DNA from: Octopus vulgaris
Taxonomy: Eukaryota
Assembly: GCA_951406725.2 (NCBI GenBank)
Contig: OX597836.1
Coordinates: 46,066,001 to 46,130,000 of the forward strand
Direction: 5' to 3'
DNA: 64,000 bases
Of this stretch, positions 12,527-26,865 are shown one piece after another (position 1 is the stretch's first letter; the number at the start of each line of letters is the position of its first letter). The notes beneath the pieces are model-generated. The model saw nothing but the letters and a program-made list of their open reading frames with translations. It was not told the origin of the DNA and searched no databases. The position numbers and the translations under genes are program-made.

Positions 12527-13375
12527 CAGTGTTTCTCAAACTATTTGATGTGGCGTACCAGCAGTTTTTTTTTTTCGAATGTACCAGGGACTGGTAATAG
12601 TTCTTATTTATTTTATTTATGCGCCCCTTTCAAGCCTAGCCAGGCTCATGGGCCCGGTTTCCCGGTTTCTGTGGCGTATGTGTTCCCCAGCTGGATGGGA
12701 CGCCAGTCCATCGCAGCGTTACTCAAGAAATGGGAAGAGAGAGGGGTGAAAGAGTACAACAGGGGTCGTCACCACCCCCTGCAAGAGCCTCGTGGAGCTT
12801 TAGGTGATTTTGCACAATAAACACACACAACGCCTGGTCTGGGAATTGAAACTGCGATCCTCTGACCGCGAGTCCGCTGCCCTAACCACTGGGCCATTGC
12901 ACCTCCAAAATAAACACGCCCTTTTAAAGCCTAGTCAGGCTCACAGGCCCGGTTTCCTGGTTTCTATGACGTATGTGTTCCCCAGCTGGATGGGACGCCA
13001 GTCCATTGCACCGTTACTTATTTTTGCCAGCTGAGTGGACTGGAGCAACGTGAAATGAAGTGTTTTGCTGAAGAACACAACGCATCACCCGGTCCAGGAA
13101 TCAAAATCACAATCTTATGATCGTGAAACTGTCACCCTAACCACTAAGCCACATGCCTCCACGGTAATATTTCTTAGTAATATTAATTCATACCATAAAC
13201 AATATATATAATGAATATGATAAAAGTTGATAATTTTTTTTTTTTATCTTACATTTATTTTGTAAACAAATAATACAAATATTATATAAGCATTTTATAA
13301 AGTTTCTTTCTTTTCTGGAAACTCTCTGTGTACTGGCAGCTGATAGCTTGCGGACCACCACTTTGAGTAGCACTG
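12527..13375. mobile_element. hAT-type MITE with two nested SINEs
   Basis: TIRs cagtgtttctcaaa / tttgagtagcactg; perfect 8-bp TSD gtatagtg on both sides. Confidence 0.85.
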
Positions 13376-13476
13376 GTATAGTGTATTAGAGGTAGATTTG
13401 TGCTGTTTCTAGCATGTTGAGGTTCCTTCACTGATCTCAATTGTAATCTTATCAGACCAAACTAAAACGTCATTTC

Positions 13477-13818
13477 TTAACCTTTTTGTACTGAAACTGA
13501 CCAAATCCAGCCTAGATGTTCCATCTGCTTTATGTTGAAACTGGTCGGATCAGGTCTCTCACACCTACCCTACAGTATCATTCTAAAAATAAACAATCAC
13601 ATCATTGAAACCTCAATGCTATAAGATAATTAATGATTAATTCAAAACAATAGGCGCAGGAGTGGCTGTGTGGTAAGTAGCTTGCTTACCAACCACATTG
13701 TTCCGGGTTCAGTCCCACTGCGTGGCATCTTGGGCAAGTGTCTTCTGCTATAGCCTCGGACCGACCAAAGCCTTGTGAGTGGATTTGGTAGACGGAAACT
13801 GAAAAGAAGCCCGTCGTA

Positions 13819-13861
<43 letters not shown>

Positions 13862-14143
13862 ATGTGTTTGTGTGTCTGTGTTTGTCTCCCTAGCATTGCT
13901 TGACAACTGATGCTGGTGTGTTTATGTCTCCGATACTTAGCGGTTCAGCAAAAGAGACCAATAGAATGAGTACTAGGCTTACAAAGAATAAGTCCTGGGG
14001 TCGATTTGCTTGACTAAAGGCGGTGCTCCAGCATGGCCGCAGTCAAATGACTGAAATAAGTAAGTAAAGAGAGAGATTAATTCAAAACAATGTAAATAAA
14101 TAAATATTACATTTAACAGAGTAATGCGAATACTAAATGTTAA
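13477..14143. mobile_element. TTAA-flanked (piggyBac-like) MITE interrupted by SINE A
   Basis: ttaacctttttgta ... tactaaatgttaa; a similar end at 1983. Confidence 0.5.
13652..14074 (+). mobile_element. Full-length tRNA-derived SINE family A (~400 bp, internal (TA)n/(TG)n)
   Basis: ggcgcaggagtggctgtgtggtaag...gggttcagtccc...gtcaaatgactgaaa; 17-bp TSD gattaattcaaaacaat. Other copies: 4270-4645(-), 8477-8885, 9332-9740, 11189-11590, 18950-19365(-), 24270-24760, 34480-34885(-), 34918-35335, 49983-50393(-), 53830-54225(-), 60055-60598(-). Confidence 0.9.
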
Positions 14144-14160
14144 ACAATTCCTTATTTTAG

Positions 14161-14246
14161 AACCTTTAATTATTGAAGGATTATTGAAGGCCCTTTAAAC
14201 CTGCCCTCAGTCCATACAGTTGATAGAAGTAATTCTCTCCTGAAGA
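14161..14246 (+). pseudogene. Possible degenerate duplicate or alternative terminal exon of METAP1D (EPLIIEG...)
   Basis: Phase-1 acceptor ttccttattttag then (E)PLIIEG, matching the true exon (E)PLVCEG; 11-bp tandem duplication causes early stop. Confidence 0.45.
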
Positions 14247-14526
14247 CAACACATTAAACTTATTGAGATTGAGTTAATGGAAAGAACCGCTTGTTCTTCT
14301 TGTTGGTTGAGTTTATCAAGATTATTTTCAGGGACTGGTTCTTAGCTATGACTTTTAAGTATAACTTTTGTTCCCCATCAACATTCTGGTTAAGGGGATG
14401 GCATAGTTTTTTCTTTTTTTTAAAGGTTTTTCTAAAAAAATCAGATTGCTTGAAATATAGAATTAAAAATTAAAGAAAATCTATATATCTATATTGACTT
14501 TCATAGGCATACCTGATGTCTAACTA

Positions 14527-14565
<39 letters not shown>

Positions 14566-14704
14566 CAATTAAGATTCAAGTCAATTCTAATGAATTCACT
14601 TGAATGCGGTACTTAACTTAGATGCACCAGAAAACTATATGGTGTTAACCATACAGTAATGTGGGGTGATTATAAACGAGAAAGAAGCAACAAGAATGGA
14701 TTAG

Positions 14705-14796
14705 TTTTTAATACAATTGTTTCATACAAAGACAGGCTTTATTAAAAGTTGCAAATATTGCAGCAGATAAAAGTGTCCCATACTCATCAGCTAAAA
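14705..14796 (-). ncRNA. Type I hammerhead motif, diverged relative of the 6435 copy
   Basis: ttttag-CTGATGA-gtat...gtat-GAAA-c[aatt]g-TA-ttaaaa. Confidence 0.65.
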
Positions 14797-15499
14797 TACA
14801 TATGAGTTCTCCAAACATCTTAGTGGGTGAGGTTATACTCATGAAGTATCGGAGATAATTTCATAAAAAGCAGATTCAGGTTGTAAACAGACTTCCAAAG
14901 TTCTTTAATGATGATGCACAGTCTTATCACAGGTTTTAAAAAAGCTTATTAGCTTCACAGAGAAGGTGAATCAATCCACGCCACCATCTCTTCATTTATC
15001 CGGCGTTTTTCCGATTTTCGACCTCGGCGGAAGTTGAACTAAGAACACCTAATAAAATATTAGTTTCAAATTTTGGTTCAAGGCCAACAATTCGGGGAGC
15101 GGGGTTAAGTTGATTATATCGACCTTAGTGCTCAACCGGTACTTATTTCATCGACCCCGAAATGACGAAACACAAAGTTGACTTCGACGTAATTTGAACT
15201 CAGAACGTAAAGTCGGAAGAAATGCTGCTAAGCACCTTTTTCCTGCGATTCTGGCAAATGCTGTTAACTTTATATTTAAAGTATGCTAGATGTCTAAACA
15301 TGGGAGACTACTTGTAGGTAAAGCCTATAAGAGTTCACTCCCTTGATACTTGGCGTGAACTATAGTCATGGTTTTAATATTTCTTACAATTGGATAAGAT
15401 TTAAGATTTTGGATCAGGGATTCGTCGATTGCATCGACTCCAGGACTCAACTGGTTCTTATTTTATCGACCCCGAAATGTGGAAATATATATATATATA

Positions 15500-17296
15500 G
15501 TTGAAATTTACAGAAAGACAAAAGACGAAGATAGGTGTATGAACAGCGAGCAGGTGTATTTGTTTGACGCTCGGGAAGGTGAGAAAGTCTTTTACGTTTC
15601 GAGCCTACGCTCTTCAACAGAAAGGAATTAGAAAATAAACAGAGATAGAATAAAAAAACTTGTGGATTTAACGATCAAGCACGGCGGCTGGTTGGGAAAA
15701 AATGGTTTGACTGGAGAGGTAGAAAGAAGGGGAGATAATAAAGTATTGATGATCCCAAAACGAAGGTGCGCGTGCGTGTGTATGTAAGAAAGTGCAAGTG
15801 TGTGTGCCTGTGTGGATAGGGGCTAGTGACTTTGACGTGTGGATGTGTGCATCTGTAATGTGTGAGTGCGGATGATAGCGTGTGGATGATGGTGTGCGGT
15901 GTGGGTGCTGGGAAGTGCTAGTGCGTGTGGAGTGGTGTGATTGGTGTAGTGGTGTGTGATGTGGGGGTGGGAATGGAGGGGTATTAATGAAGAGAAGGTG
16001 GGTAGGTGTCGGAGCAAGAGAGAAGTCGGTAGGAGTGAAGAGAAGAAGTGTCAGATGAAGAGAGGAGAGGAAGGAAGTTGAGCCCATGTGGCGCAAAGGA
16101 GTGAAGAGAGAAGATTAATTCCTGTTCACGGCAAAGGCGGGAGTTCGGATGTCCCCTGTGCAAAGGCAATCCGAACATAGACAGGTGTTGTAGTGCATGA
16201 GCGGTAGAGCGGAAATGGCGCGAGACTAGGGTGTCATTGTCGATTCTAATGTCGCGGGGGTGCTCCGCGAACCAGTCAGCCAAGTGGTATTCCGTTTGGC
16301 CTATGAACAGAGAAAGAGCAGGAGATGAAGTAAATGATGTTGCTAGAAGTATCGGTGATATGACAGGGACGATGATGGATTCTTGTGAGGATAGTGGTGT
16401 TGAAGAGGTAGGGGCAAGTGCGACAGAATGGATGGGAACAGGAGAAAGAGCCAGTTTGAGAGGTAGGGTTAGGGAAGAAACTGTGAACCAGGAGGTCACG
16501 CAGGTTGTGGGCTGATTTTGAAGATGGGCTGATTTTGAAGATGGGATGATTTTGAGGTTGGGGAAGATGTGCGAGGTGGAGTAGTTGGACTGGAGTCGCC
16601 GGAAAGCTCGGAGATGGGTGCGTTTGATGGGTAGCGTGGAGGGGTGGTAGATGACAGGGAGAGAGACCAGAGGCACGGTCCACGGAACGTGCTCTGGCAA
16701 GGGCTGTGTGGATAGTGGTGAGGGGAGGTCGCACCGATACAGTCGTCAATATAACAACCGTATAGTTCGGGAGTGGGACCAGTGAATCGTGAGAATATTT
16801 GCGCCTCAACATAGCCAACGAACAGGTTCGCATAGTTGGGACCTATTTTCGTTCCCATGGCCACTCCCGAGACTTGTTGGTAAAAAAAACCCCGCGGACG
16901 AGAAGCAGTTGAGGGAGAGGACAAGTTTGGCCCGACGAAGTGTGGAGGTATCAAGTTAAGGGTTGGGTCGAAGGTCTAGGAAATGTTGGTGTGCAAGAAG
17001 TCCTTCGTTGTGTGGGATCACCGTATATAGACTCTTGATATAAAGAGTGAAGAGAAGTTTAGAGGGGCCAGCAGGGAAGGAGAAAGAGTTGAAGAAGCTG
17101 AGAGCATGGTTAGTGTCGTGGATGTGAGAGGGGAGGGAAGCCACCAAGGGGAAAGAACACAGTCGAGGTATTTTGAGATCAATTCCGTCGGGCAGTTACA
17201 GGCGGAGACGATAGGGCTTGTGGATTTTGGAAAGAAGTAAATGGTGGGGGTGCGTGGAGTGCGGACAATAAGGTTGGAAGCAGTGGGAGGTTGGAA
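15500..17296 (-). mobile_element. Penelope-like retroelement (Neptune-type), decayed: RT, Cys linker, GIY-YIG, 3' tail with HHR
   Basis: PIVSACNCPTELISKYLD, GVAMGTKIGPNYANLFVG, YIDD, CSHPFCRTCP, IYFISC..IGQT; many frameshifts. Confidence 0.85.
15588..15625 (-). ncRNA. Ultra-minimal hammerhead-like motif (variant core CUGUUGA)
   Basis: cttt-CTGTTGA-A-gagc[gtag]gctc-GAAA-cg-TA-aaag. Confidence 0.55.
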
Positions 17297-19155
17297 CGTA
17301 GCGGCAGGGGAAATAGCTATTTCTTTATTACCCACAAGGGGCTAAACACAGAGAGGACAAACAAGGACAGACAAACAGATTAAGTTGATTATATCGACCC
17401 AAGTGCGTAACTGGTACTTATTTAATCGAGCCCGAAAGGATGCAAGGCAAAATCGACCTCGGCGGAATTTGAACATAGAACGTAAGGGCAGACGAAATAC
17501 CTATTTCTTTACTACCCACAAGGGGCTAAACACAGAGAGGACAAACAAGGACAGACAAAGGGATTAAGTCGATTACATCGACCCCAGTGCGTAACTAGTA
17601 CTTATTTAATCGACTCTGAAAGGATGAAAGGCAAAGTCGACCTCGGCGGAATTTGAACTCAGAACGTAGCGGCAGACGAAATACCACTAAGCATTTCGAT
17701 CGCCGCACTAACGTTTCTGCCATCTCGCCGTCTTACCATACAAGCTTCTTACCATACAACCACGTTGCGTTTACATATATTCCAAAAATGATTACAAGGA
17801 ATTTCTACATTTTAGCTGATGTTTGGTGGTGACAGTAATTAATTTTGTAAAATGAATTTATCGATGTGTTTGCAACCACCGAATGTTTCCAATATTGGTT
17901 TTCAAAAAATATTTCCCTGATTTCTTTAAGACGAGTATTATTTTCCCACGCTGCAAGAGCCAAACGTTTTCTTCTGACCATTTACGAGAGGTTAATATTT
18001 CTAACCAACACTCTGGCGAATTTTATAGTTTTGATAGTTTACGAACTTATCTTACAACTACCAGATGTAGTTTACTAGTTTTGTTATATACCGTTTCTCA
18101 ACCTCCCCCAAGGAAGAGACGAGGATAGGAAACTTTTTGAATGCCCTTTCTGTCATTTGTAGTATATCTGTTATGTCACACGTTCGGATGACATCTACTC
18201 AACTCTTCACTCTGCTCGACTGTTCTCTGTTCTAGTCTGGTTTACTCTACCGTGACGTCTAGACTTCTCCCTCTATATCTACGTCGTTACGCTGTGAGTT
18301 CAAATTCCGCCGAGGTCGACTTTGCCTTACATCCTTTCGGGGTCGATAAATAAAGTACCAGTTGCACACTGGGGTCGATGTAATCGACTTAATCCGTTTG
18401 TCTGTCCTTGTTTGTCCCCTCTATGTTTAGCCCCTTGTGGGCAATAAAGAAATATATATCTACGTATTGGGCTAGCCTACTTCATCGTTTGGGGGCGTCC
18501 ACACAACAATATCACTTCAAGGTGTTGCCACTATTCACATCTAAAAGTTTGACTTTTTTACCTGATACACGTTTGTTCCTGTGTTTCATGTTAGTGATAC
18601 TGCTACAAAAATGGACCCATTGAACAATATTCTTCGTGGGATGGCGCTTACCTGTAAATCTCGAGAAGGCCTTGCTCATGTTAGACTAAACCTCGAGGGA
18701 GAAGAGAAGAAGGATGCGAATGAAATGATAGTATAATATTATTCCTTTTAGAAAAGCTGCGGTTGTGGTGAGTGGAAGTAATGTTTTATCTTTGAATTCG
18801 CCCGCTTTAAGCGCATCATTGTAGTAAGGAGTTGCTCTATCACAGATCTCCGTTTTATGACAGACTCGAGATTCATCTACAAATATTACTAGGAATTAAC
18901 GAGTGGCAGGAACCGACAATTATGTTACAGAGCTTTTTGTTATGCTCTTTACTCTTTTACTTGTTTCAGTCATTTGACTGCGGCCATGCTGGAGCACCCC
19001 CTTTAGTCGAGCAAATCGACCCCGGGACTTATTCTTTGTAAGTTCAGTACTTATTCTATCGCTCTCTTTTGCCGAACCGCTAAGTGACGGGGACGTAAAC
19101 ACACCAGCATCGGTTGTCAAGCAATGCTGGGGGGACAAACACAGACAGACAGACA

Positions 19156-19195
<40 letters not shown>

Positions 19196-19410
19196 CATAT
19201 ATACGACAGGCTTCTTTCAGTTTTCGTCTACCAAATCCACCCACAAGTCTTTGGTCGGCCCGAGGCTATAGTAGAAGACACTTGCCCTAGATGCCAACGC
19301 AGTGGGACTGAACCCGGAATCATGTGGTTGGTAAGCAAGCTACTTACCACACAGCCACTCCTACGCCGGAAAACTTTTTTATGTGCTAGCGCTTAAATCA
19401 ATCAATCAAT

Positions 19411-19460
<50 letters not shown>

Positions 19461-19463
19461 CTC

Positions 19464-19547
<84 letters not shown>

Positions 19548-19823
19548 GTTGTTACTGTTGTATGTTGACTCAAGCGAACGAACATCTCTCAAAGAATCTC
19601 CGTGAAAAAAATAATTGTTACCCAATTGAAAATATTTGTTTCCTGATAAACAGAAGACTTTCAGGTTGTTTTAAATTCCGTCTCATTACGAAGACAACTA
19701 CGTGAGATATTTTAACTGTTTATATATTTTTGAGAAATAACTATTTGGATTGTCAATACTTGTTCAAAATAGTTTCAGAGGTGGCAGGAAAAGGTGTCCA
19801 CCACAGTGATAGCAGCAGCAGCA

Positions 19824-20185
19824 GTGGAGGCACAATGGCCCAATGGTTAGGGCAGCGAACTCGCGGTCAGAGGATCGCGGTTTCGATTCCCAGACCGGAC
19901 GTTGTGTGTGTTTATTGAGCGAAAACACCTAAAAGCTCCACGAGGCTCCGGCAGGGGGTGGTGCCGACCCCTGTTGTACTCTTTCGCTCCAACTTTCTCT
20001 CACTCTTTCTTCCTGTTTCTTGTCGCCGACTTCCTACGCAATCGCTGAGCCTGGATGCGCATTCATCCATCCGTCGATGCTCTCGGTGTCGGGGGTTGAC
20101 CTGCTTTCTCTTCTGCAGGTCTTACGAATAGCAAAGGACCTCGTATCGGACTTCTCCCACTAGGGACGAAGACCGCTTCGCTCAA
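19824..20185 (+). mobile_element. tRNA-derived SINE head type C; copies 12620-12907(-), 26870-27236(-), 33003-33385, 51446-51835, 54928-55028
   Basis: gtggaggcacaatggcccaatggttagggcagcg...gtttcgattccc with A and B boxes. Confidence 0.85.
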
Positions 20186-21280
20186 CAAACAAACAAACAA
20201 ACAAAAGCAGCAGCAGCAGACAACGTAATCATTAAAGAAACTCTTGAGGACTTCTTTGCAAATCATTTGTAATATTTAGACTCAACTGCGGAATGGAAAA
20301 TACAAAAAAGAATAAGTTTGAAGACATTAATTTGAAAAAAAGCCAAAAATACAAAACTAGTTGGAACAGCGGCAGTAACGAAAGCTGTGGAAGAAATCGT
20401 CGTAAATCACAGTTTTAGCGGCATTAAGGGCCACCAAGTGAAGGCGCGTGGCTTAGTGGTTAGGACATTCGTTTCACGATTGTAAGGTCGTGAGTTCGAT
20501 TCCAGGCGACGCGCTGTCTCCTTGAGCAAGACACTTTATTTTCATGTTGCTCCAGTCTACTCAACTGGCAAAAATGAGTTGTACTTGTATTTCAAAGGGC
20601 TGGCCTTGTCACTCTCTGTGTCACGCTGAATCTCCCCGAGAACTACGTTAAGGGTGCACGTGTCTGTGGGGTGCTCAGCCACTTACACGTTAATTTCACG
20701 AGCAGGCTGTTCCGTTGATCGTATCAGCTGGGACCCTCGTCGTCGTAACCGACGGAGTGCTCCTATCCTATAAGGGCCACCAACATGGTTTACGTTATTA
20801 AGGCTCCTGTTACGATTACTATAACACAAAACTCTTCTTGTTATTTCCCAAACACCGCCAGAATGAACTCATTTCCTTTCATCTTCCCCTTCGTATGTGT
20901 TGTTGTTTGATCTCTTGTCGCTCTTCATCATCATCATCCTTTCGTCACAAGACGTTGGGTGCCGTACTACACCTCTTGGCGTCTTGGCCATCGACTCCCA
21001 GCGATGAGGGTGGAGCCGTGACTGGTGGAACTTCTAGAGTCAGCTGTTGTTTATGTTGTTGTTGATGATGATGATGATGATGATGATGATGTTGTTGTTG
21101 TTGTCGTTACCACAGATATTGTCCGTCCCTGTTCCACCTACTGCAACTACGACAGCTCCAACTGTTACTCCCACGCCATAAACGACTGTATTTTCTGCCC
21201 TTCATCACATCTCGTATCACTTTTCTTTCTGCACCCATGACGGGATACAGTTATATATTGTAGTCATGCATACACACACT

Positions 21281-21348
<68 letters not shown>

Positions 21349-21896
21349 CATACGCAAACATATATACGCATACACACACAAACACACACACATATTCCTA
21401 CCCTCACAATGTATATATGTGTGTGTGTGCACGTGTGTATGTGTGTGTGCGTACATGTGTACGCTTGTATATATGCGTGAGTCTCTCTCTCTCTCTCTCT
21501 CTCTCTTCATATATATATCATCATCATCATCATCATTTCAACATCCAATGTTCCGTGTTCGCATAGACTGGGCAGAATTTTGTTGGAACGGATTTCTTCT
21601 ACGGTTCGATACAACTTCCTGACACAATCCCTCACCCGATTCCAAGTAAGGAAACATTTTTCCACGATCACACATGTTTTCAGAGAAGATTGGAAACGAA
21701 GGACACTGCTTGCATAACGGGGACATTCGTTTCCGACCCACACACGTTGTTAAAGCAAGGAGACAATAACACACACTTATACACACACATACATACATAC
21801 ATACATACATACATACATACATACATACATACATGTGTGTATGAGTGAAGGAGAGAGAGAGAAAGAAAGAGAGAGAGAGAGAGGGAGGGAGAAAGG

Positions 21897-21937
<41 letters not shown>

Positions 21938-22042
21938 GTGAACTATTTCGAAGTGGACACAGAAATCAACGAAAAATTTAATGTAGTAGTGAAAATTGAT
22001 ATTAACGGTAGTAGTAGTAGTAGTAGTATTAGTAGTAGTAGT

Positions 22043-22112
<70 letters not shown>

Positions 22113-22417
22113 ATAGCCGTGGTGGTGTTGATGGTAGCAGTATTGGTGGTTGTAGAGTTGAAAGTGTTTGTGGTGGAGGTGTTAGTAGTGGTAATGGTGT
22201 GGTGGTGGTGGTGGAGATGTTGGAGGTGGTGGTGTTGGCGGCTGCAGTCGTAGTGTTGGTAATGATGATGAAGGTGGTGATGGTAGTGGTGGTGGTGGTG
22301 GTGGTAATAATGATAATATTTGTAGGAGCAAAATTGGAGCAATTATAAATCAATGGAATGAAATCAAGCGAAAAACGTTTAGGCCAGACAGAAATATAAC
22401 AACAACAAAAACAACAA

Positions 22418-22449
<32 letters not shown>

Positions 22450-24434
22450 TAAAATGTACGAACACGCACTGTCCGAGTTGCACATGCTTGCATTATGAGC
22501 ACCAACTGCATTTCTCGCTGACCAACCAATTGGCAGCAATATCAACTCCTCCATAATATGGTTTTGTTTGTCTGGTTCTACACAGCCACACATTGATCCA
22601 TCTTACTGAATATAACTGTTTCATGGTGGCGAGCTGGCCGAGTGGTTAGCGCGCCGGGCGAAATGCTTAGCTGTATTTCGTCTGCCGTTACGTTCTGAGT
22701 TCAAATTCCGCCGAGGTCAGCTTTGCCTTTCATCCTTTCTGGGTTGATTAAACAAGTACCAGTTACGCACTGGGGTCGATGTAATCGACTTAATCCGTTT
22801 GTCTGTCCTTGTTTGTTCCCTCTGTGTTTAGCCCCTTGTGGGTAGTAAAGAAATAGGTATTTCGTCTGCCGCTACGTTCTGAGTTCAAATTCCGCCGAGG
22901 TCGACTTTGCCTTTCATCCTTTCGGTGTCGATTAAATAAGTACCAGTTACGCACTGGAGTCGATGTAATCGACTTAATCCGTTTGTCTGTCCTTGTTTGT
23001 CCCCTCTGTGTTTAGCCCCTTGCGGGTAGTAAAGAAATATATAGTTCTTATGGAGATTCAGTTTGACAGCTGAATAAACTGTAACAACGTGAAATAAAGT
23101 GTCTTGCTCAAGGACACAACGCACCGCCGGCATCCGAACTCACGACTGTGCGATCGTGAGCCGAATGCCCTAACCACTAAGCCACGCGATAACATTGCCG
23201 AACAAAAATTTCAACGTAGCCTTGTTGATAAATGCTTTTATTTTTCTATTGCTGAGACCCCTCAGAGGCACAAGTTTGGGCAAGGTTGTTTATGGAAGGC
23301 CAGCAGTCACCCATGCATACCAGCCTCTCCTCTCCACACCACCAATATTATCCAAGGGAAAGGCAAAGGGGCTGATACATCTTGGCACCTGTGACGTTGC
23401 AACTCATTTCTACAGCTGAGTGAAAATAAGTGTCTTGCTCAAGAACACAACACGCAGCCGGTTCCGGGATTCGAACTCACAACCTCACGATCGTAAGCTC
23501 AATGCTCTAACCATGCGCCTTCACACACACATATATGGGAAGGGGTGCTGAGAACTTCCTGATTTTAAGGGTATTGCGTGATGGCATAATCATCCAAGTT
23601 TCTAAGTTCTTTTACCGGGCTTAGAAAATCTGAAGGACTGCTGGAATGAGTATGCAAATCAGAGAGGGGGATATATTGGATAAAATCACAATTAACTGAT
23701 CCTCCTGTATTTTCTTTTACCCAAAGTAAAACACGCAGCCGTGTCCGGGATTCGAACTCACAGCCCCACGATCATAAGCTCGACGCTCTAACCACTGAGC
23801 CATGCACCTCTGCCATTTTTCTGTATAAACTTACATAATATAACTGTTTTGCATAAATTTATTGAATATGAGCGATGTAACTTTGCTGAGCATAACTGTC
23901 TTCCATTGCTTTGCGAAACACAAATGTTTATAACAGACTTGCTGGACATAATGTTCCTTATAGCCATGCTGAATACAAGCTTGATATAGACTTGCTTAAT
24001 ATAACTGTTTCGTATTGCCTTGTTGTACACAACTTTTATATATTGTCCTGCTAAATCTCTTTATAGAGCTCTAGAGCCCTGTCGAATAATCTGTTTACAG
24101 AGCCCTGCTGTTTATAAAGCCTTGTTGTTTATAACAGCTTTATGTAAATCTTCCTGGATATAACTGCTTAATATAGCTTTGCTAAATATAGCTGTTTTAA
24201 TCTTTGCAGAGTCTAAATCATTAATGCATCTTCGCTTAGCACAACTGTTAGATATATCTTTGCTGAATATCGGTGCAGATGTGGCTGAGAGGTTAAGAAA
24301 TTTGTTTCCCCGCCACACGATTCCAGGTTCAGTCTCGCAGCGGGGCACCTTCAGCAAGTGTCTTTTACTATTGCCCTTAGCCGACCAAAGCCTTGTGAGT
24401 GGATTTAGTCGACGGAAACAGGAAGAAACCCGTC

Positions 24435-24503
<69 letters not shown>

Positions 24504-24519
24504 CGTGCGTGTGTGTGTG

Positions 24520-24560
<41 letters not shown>

Positions 24561-25239
24561 GCGTACGTGCGCGTACGTATGTTTGTGTTTGTCTCCCACC
24601 ACCGCTTGACAACCGATGTTGGTATGTTTACGTCCTTGCAACTTAGCGACCAACAGAATGAATATCAAGCTTTAAAAAATAAGCCCTGGGGTCAATTCAC
24701 TCAACTAAAGCCCTTCAAGGCGGTGCTCCTACATGGCCACAATCCAGTGACTGAAGTAAAAAAAAAAATATTCGTTTTGTTTTTCGTTTTTCTTGTTTCA
24801 GCTCAGAGCTGCGGCCATGCTGATGCACCGCCGTTATATGAGATACCTTTTTTTATACCCCCTCCTTGCTGAATATCACAGTTTGATATCGCCTTGCATA
24901 ATGTAACTTTTTAAAGTAGCCCTGGTGAGTAGAACTATTCTATATAATTTTGACGACAGGAGCTTATTTAATAAGGCCTACTGAATATAGCTGTTTTATA
25001 TTACCTTACTTTACAGAAATGTCTTATGAAATATGGTTGTATGATGTCTCCTTTTGCTATTATATAGCTGCACTTAACCATAAATAGCTACACGTGGCTA
25101 CACATTGCTACTTTCAAGTATATATAGATGCATTTCAATATATAGCTACAGTGTCGGCTATACATGTATAGTTAAATTACGAATTAAAAACAGCATAAAC
25201 ATTATCGGTCGCACATACATAGTGTATGTGTTTTATTTA

Positions 25240-25737
25240 CTGTAAATCCTCGAGTATATTCCGCATTTTCCCCCAAAATTTAAAGGTCAAAATCCCTAAT
25301 GCGTACTATATACGAGGTTAAAAATGAAAAATATTTTCTAAGCAATGTCTCTATTTGCTGTCCGGCAATGTTTATTCAGACACATTTTGTGATGTCGGGC
25401 GCGAAAATACCTTAAGCTGAGCCTGAAAGTAATGAAGTCATAAAAGAATCATCCATAACTTGCAGTAAACAACATTTATTAAAATAAAAGTATTCAGAAA
25501 ATAGAATAACATGTAACAAAAACAATTTGCAAACATATTTACATTCCCATATAACAGTTAAGAACATCACCATTATTGTAATACGCATGGGCGGAAGTGT
25601 TTGTTCGACTAGGTGCTGCTGGCTTAATTTCGCACGACTCAAGTTAGAGAAGGAATGCGTATTATACACAAGGTTTAGGTTTTTCAGAGGTACATCCCCC
25701 TAAAAATTCCCTGCGTATTATACTCGAAGATTTACGG
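25240..25737. mobile_element. Tc1/mariner-superfamily (Tc2/pogo-like) MITE
   Basis: TIRs ctgtaaatcctcgagtata / tatactcgaagatttacgg flanked by TA. Confidence 0.8.
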
Positions 25738-26797
25738 TATGTGCTCATTTGTTGCGGGATAGCGTTAAGGGAAAGCTCCCTACACGGCGCCGAGTGTTAA
25801 AGAACACTGTATGTCCCAGAACAGATGAGATAACTCACTTTGAATGAATGAGAATGATAGATATAGATATTTCGTCGTTATTTTGGCCTCTATCAGCTCC
25901 TTGGATGCTTAGAAAAAGCTTTGTCCCGGAGGATGGCGAGAGAGATACGCTGGAACAGCCATACTATCTTACGATGTTCGCTCTTGCAGGTAGCCATCTC
26001 CGCCCTCATAATTAATAACAAAAAGGGTTTTCCTTCTCAACAGAATATTCCACCAGTTTGTATGTCTCTGTCTCACAAAATTTCTACGATAATGCTTTTA
26101 CTATTATTAATTTTATTCCTAGTTCAAATCCCGCCGACGTTGACTTTGCCTTTCGTCCTTTCGGGGTCGATAAACTAAGTACCAGTGAAACATTGGGGGC
26201 GATGTAATCGACTAGTCCCTTCCTCAAAATTTCAGGCCTTGTACCTTTAGTAGAAATGATTATTAATTTTATTCCAGAGTCGTTAGCAGCCGGACAAAAT
26301 GCTTAGTTGCATTGTGTCCGTCCTTACGTTCTGATTTTCAAATTTCGCCGGGGTCGACTTTCCCTTTCATCCTTTCGGAATCGATGAAACAAGTACCAGT
26401 GAAGCACTGGGGCCGCTGTAATCGACGCTCCTCGAAATTGCTGGCGTTGTGCCCAAATTTGAAGCCATTATTAATTCTATTTCTAAAATGGCGAGTTGGC
26501 AGAACCGTTAGCACGTCGGCTCGCGTGCTTGGCAGCATTTCTTTAGGCTCTTTACGTTCTGAGCTCAAATTCTTCCCAGGTCAACTTTGCCTTTCATCCT
26601 TTCGGGATCGATAATATAAGTACCAGTTGAATTCTAGGGTTGATGTAACCGACTTACTGCTCCCTTTAAAATTACCCTCGTGCCTAGAGTCGAAAGGTTT
26701 ATTAATGTTGTTATTATTATTAGATTTATTTTATTTAATTTTTCATGCAATTTATGCTCTATGAATGGTCCACAATATTTGAATTTTTGGAAAACTC

Positions 26798-26865
<68 letters not shown>

